64,000 nt of DNA from NCBI GenBank assembly GCA_965213705.1, contig OZ243913.1:64001-128000 (forward strand). Direction: 5' to 3'. Origin of the DNA: Trueperaceae bacterium (GTDB taxonomy: Bacteria; Deinococcota; Deinococci; Deinococcales; Trueperaceae). A model generated the notes under the pieces. It ran no database searches, was not told where the DNA came from, and saw only the letters and a list, made by a program, of their open reading frames with translations. Within the stretch, counting starts at the first letter, position 1. Each line of letters begins with the position of its first letter. Positions 62,658 through 64,000 of this stretch are shown here, piece after piece. The position numbers were made by a program, and so were the translations under genes.

Positions 62658-63581
62658 ATGACTCATGCACGTGGTGGGCATGAGCCGTTGACGTCGGGCT
62701 TAACGTTGCGCAAACACGGCGAATGTGTCGAAACGGTGGCGAGCAGCGCCCTCAGGGTTTGTCTGCTGGCAAATGGCGACGGTAGCGAACTGCTCCACGG
62801 CGAACTGCTCGCCGGACAGTTCATCACGCTCGTCTCCTCGGGGGAGGCGACCGAAAGCTACTACGTGTTGTCGGGAACTTTGCAGTTGGAAGACGGCGGC
62901 CGAACGCGCGTTTTGGGCGTGGGCGACACGCTCGTGACCGAGGGCTTGACGCAGCCGGTGGTACTTACGGCCAAAAGCGCGGCGCGGTTTTTGTGTTTTA
63001 CCTCGCGCCCTATTTTTCATGAGATGAGCCGCGACCTTGCGCAACTGATGGGGCTTGCCCGAGACATCGAACTCAAAGACGGCTACACCGCCGGCCACTG
63101 CGAGCGCATTCGTGAGTTCTCCAACGCGGTCGGACGCGAGTTGAAGTTGCCGCCCGAGCGGCGGCACCTGCTCAACTACGCCGCTTACCTGCACGACGTG
63201 GGCAAGACGCGGCTGCCCCTGGAGCTTTTGCGCAAATCGGAACCCTTGAGCGAGGCCGAGTGGGCCGAAGTCAAACGTCATCCCGACTACGGACGCGACC
63301 TGCTCGAGACGACGTTTATGCGGGCGGCGGGCGACATCGTGGCGCAGCATCACGAGCGGTTCGACGGCAGCGGCTATCCCTTGGGCTTAGCGGGCGAGGC
63401 TATTCTGAAAGAGGCGCGCGTCATCGCGGTCGCAGACAGCTACGACGCTCTTACCAGCGACCGCCCTTACCGCGCGGCCGTCTCGCAACCCACAGCGCTC
63501 GCAGAGTTGCAGCGGCAAGCCGGCCGCCTGTTCGACCCCGAGGTGGTCGCGGCGTTTCAAAAAGTTTTAGAGCAGCCCTAA
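62658..63581 (+). CDS. Cupin-like + HD-GYP domain phosphohydrolase
   Basis: ESYYVLSGTL...GVGD cupin-like strands; YTAGHCER, HDVGK, HHERFDGSGYP. Confidence 0.88.
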   Translation: MTHARGGHEPLTSGLTLRKHGECVETVASSALRVCLLANGDGSELLHGELLAGQFITLVSSGEATESYYVLSGTLQLEDGGRTRVLGVGDTLVTEGLTQPVVLTAKSAARFLCFTSRPIFHEMSRDLAQLMGLARDIELKDGYTAGHCERIREFSNAVGRELKLPPERRHLLNYAAYLHDVGKTRLPLELLRKSEPLSEAEWAEVKRHPDYGRDLLETTFMRAAGDIVAQHHERFDGSGYPLGLAGEAILKEARVIAVADSYDALTSDRPYRAAVSQPTALAELQRQAGRLFDPEVVAAFQKVLEQP

Positions 63582-63844
63582 AACCGGCAGCGAACCTGTA
63601 CCAACCCCGCAGGTGTGAAACCTTGTACGGACTTCGTTTGAGTCCGGCGGCTATAGTTGCTTTTGAAGGCCCCAGCCTTCCCTCGGATGCAACGATCTCC
63701 GGTCCTCAATTTGGGCGCTTAGACCGGAAGGAGCGAGTAGCGCAACCGACCGAGTGCGACCCTACTCTCTTTGTCATGCACGCGCACTCATCACCCTTGG
63801 TTAAACCCTAGCCAAGCGCGGTGACAAGACTCTGCGGAGGGGTC

Positions 63845-63979
63845 ATGAACAAACACCTCAAAGTTTCTCTGTTGGTTATCAGTTTGCTGTTGGGCGGCGC
63901 CGGTTTCGCTGGAACCGCGCACGTGGGCGGCGCCTATACCGGCACCGCGACCGTCGCCAAGTTCTGGCCGAGCAAGTAA
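63845..63979 (+). CDS. 44-aa putative secreted peptide (below the ORF-track cutoff)
   Basis: GGAGG SD; MNKHLKVSLLVISLLLGGAGFAGTAHVGGAYTGTATVAKFWPSK. Confidence 0.55.
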   Translation: MNKHLKVSLLVISLLLGGAGFAGTAHVGGAYTGTATVAKFWPSK

Positions 63980-64000
63980 CTTCAACCCTGATTCAGTTCG

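Overview
A GC-rich bacterial chromosomal window, most likely Deinococcota and Truepera-like. That call rests on a solo 16S rRNA gene, pervasive leaderless TANNNT-N5-8-ATG starts, Deinococcus-type small repeats and gene content; it is inferred, not confirmed by a search. Housekeeping genes include ddl, recA, galE, glmM, hpt, a pseudouridine synthase and an acyl-CoA carboxylase beta subunit. Transport genes cover sugar, osmoprotectant and FtsX-type ABC systems, an MMPL, an MFS and a Ca/Na antiporter, alongside secreted enzymes and regulators. Most notable: (1) a cassette hotspot behind the MMPL gene, where a decayed ~200-bp copy of the MMPL 3' end separates a ParDE toxin-antitoxin pair from a low-GC stand-alone wHTH-wHTH-TIR gene, each with its own leaderless promoter; (2) strong excess of the palindrome (G)CTCGAG(C), HIP1-like, with near-absence of GATC; (3) a ~120-bp MITE/SRE-like element in three copies, one with its internal loop inverted; (4) tiny secreted-peptide ORFs, one upstream of a SARP/BTAD-STAND-TPR regulator; (5) two unusual secreted multidomain fusions; (6) an HNH gene whose conserved N-terminus has no canonical start codon. 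No CRISPR array, tRNA, transposase or integrase was seen. All counts are by eye and approximate.
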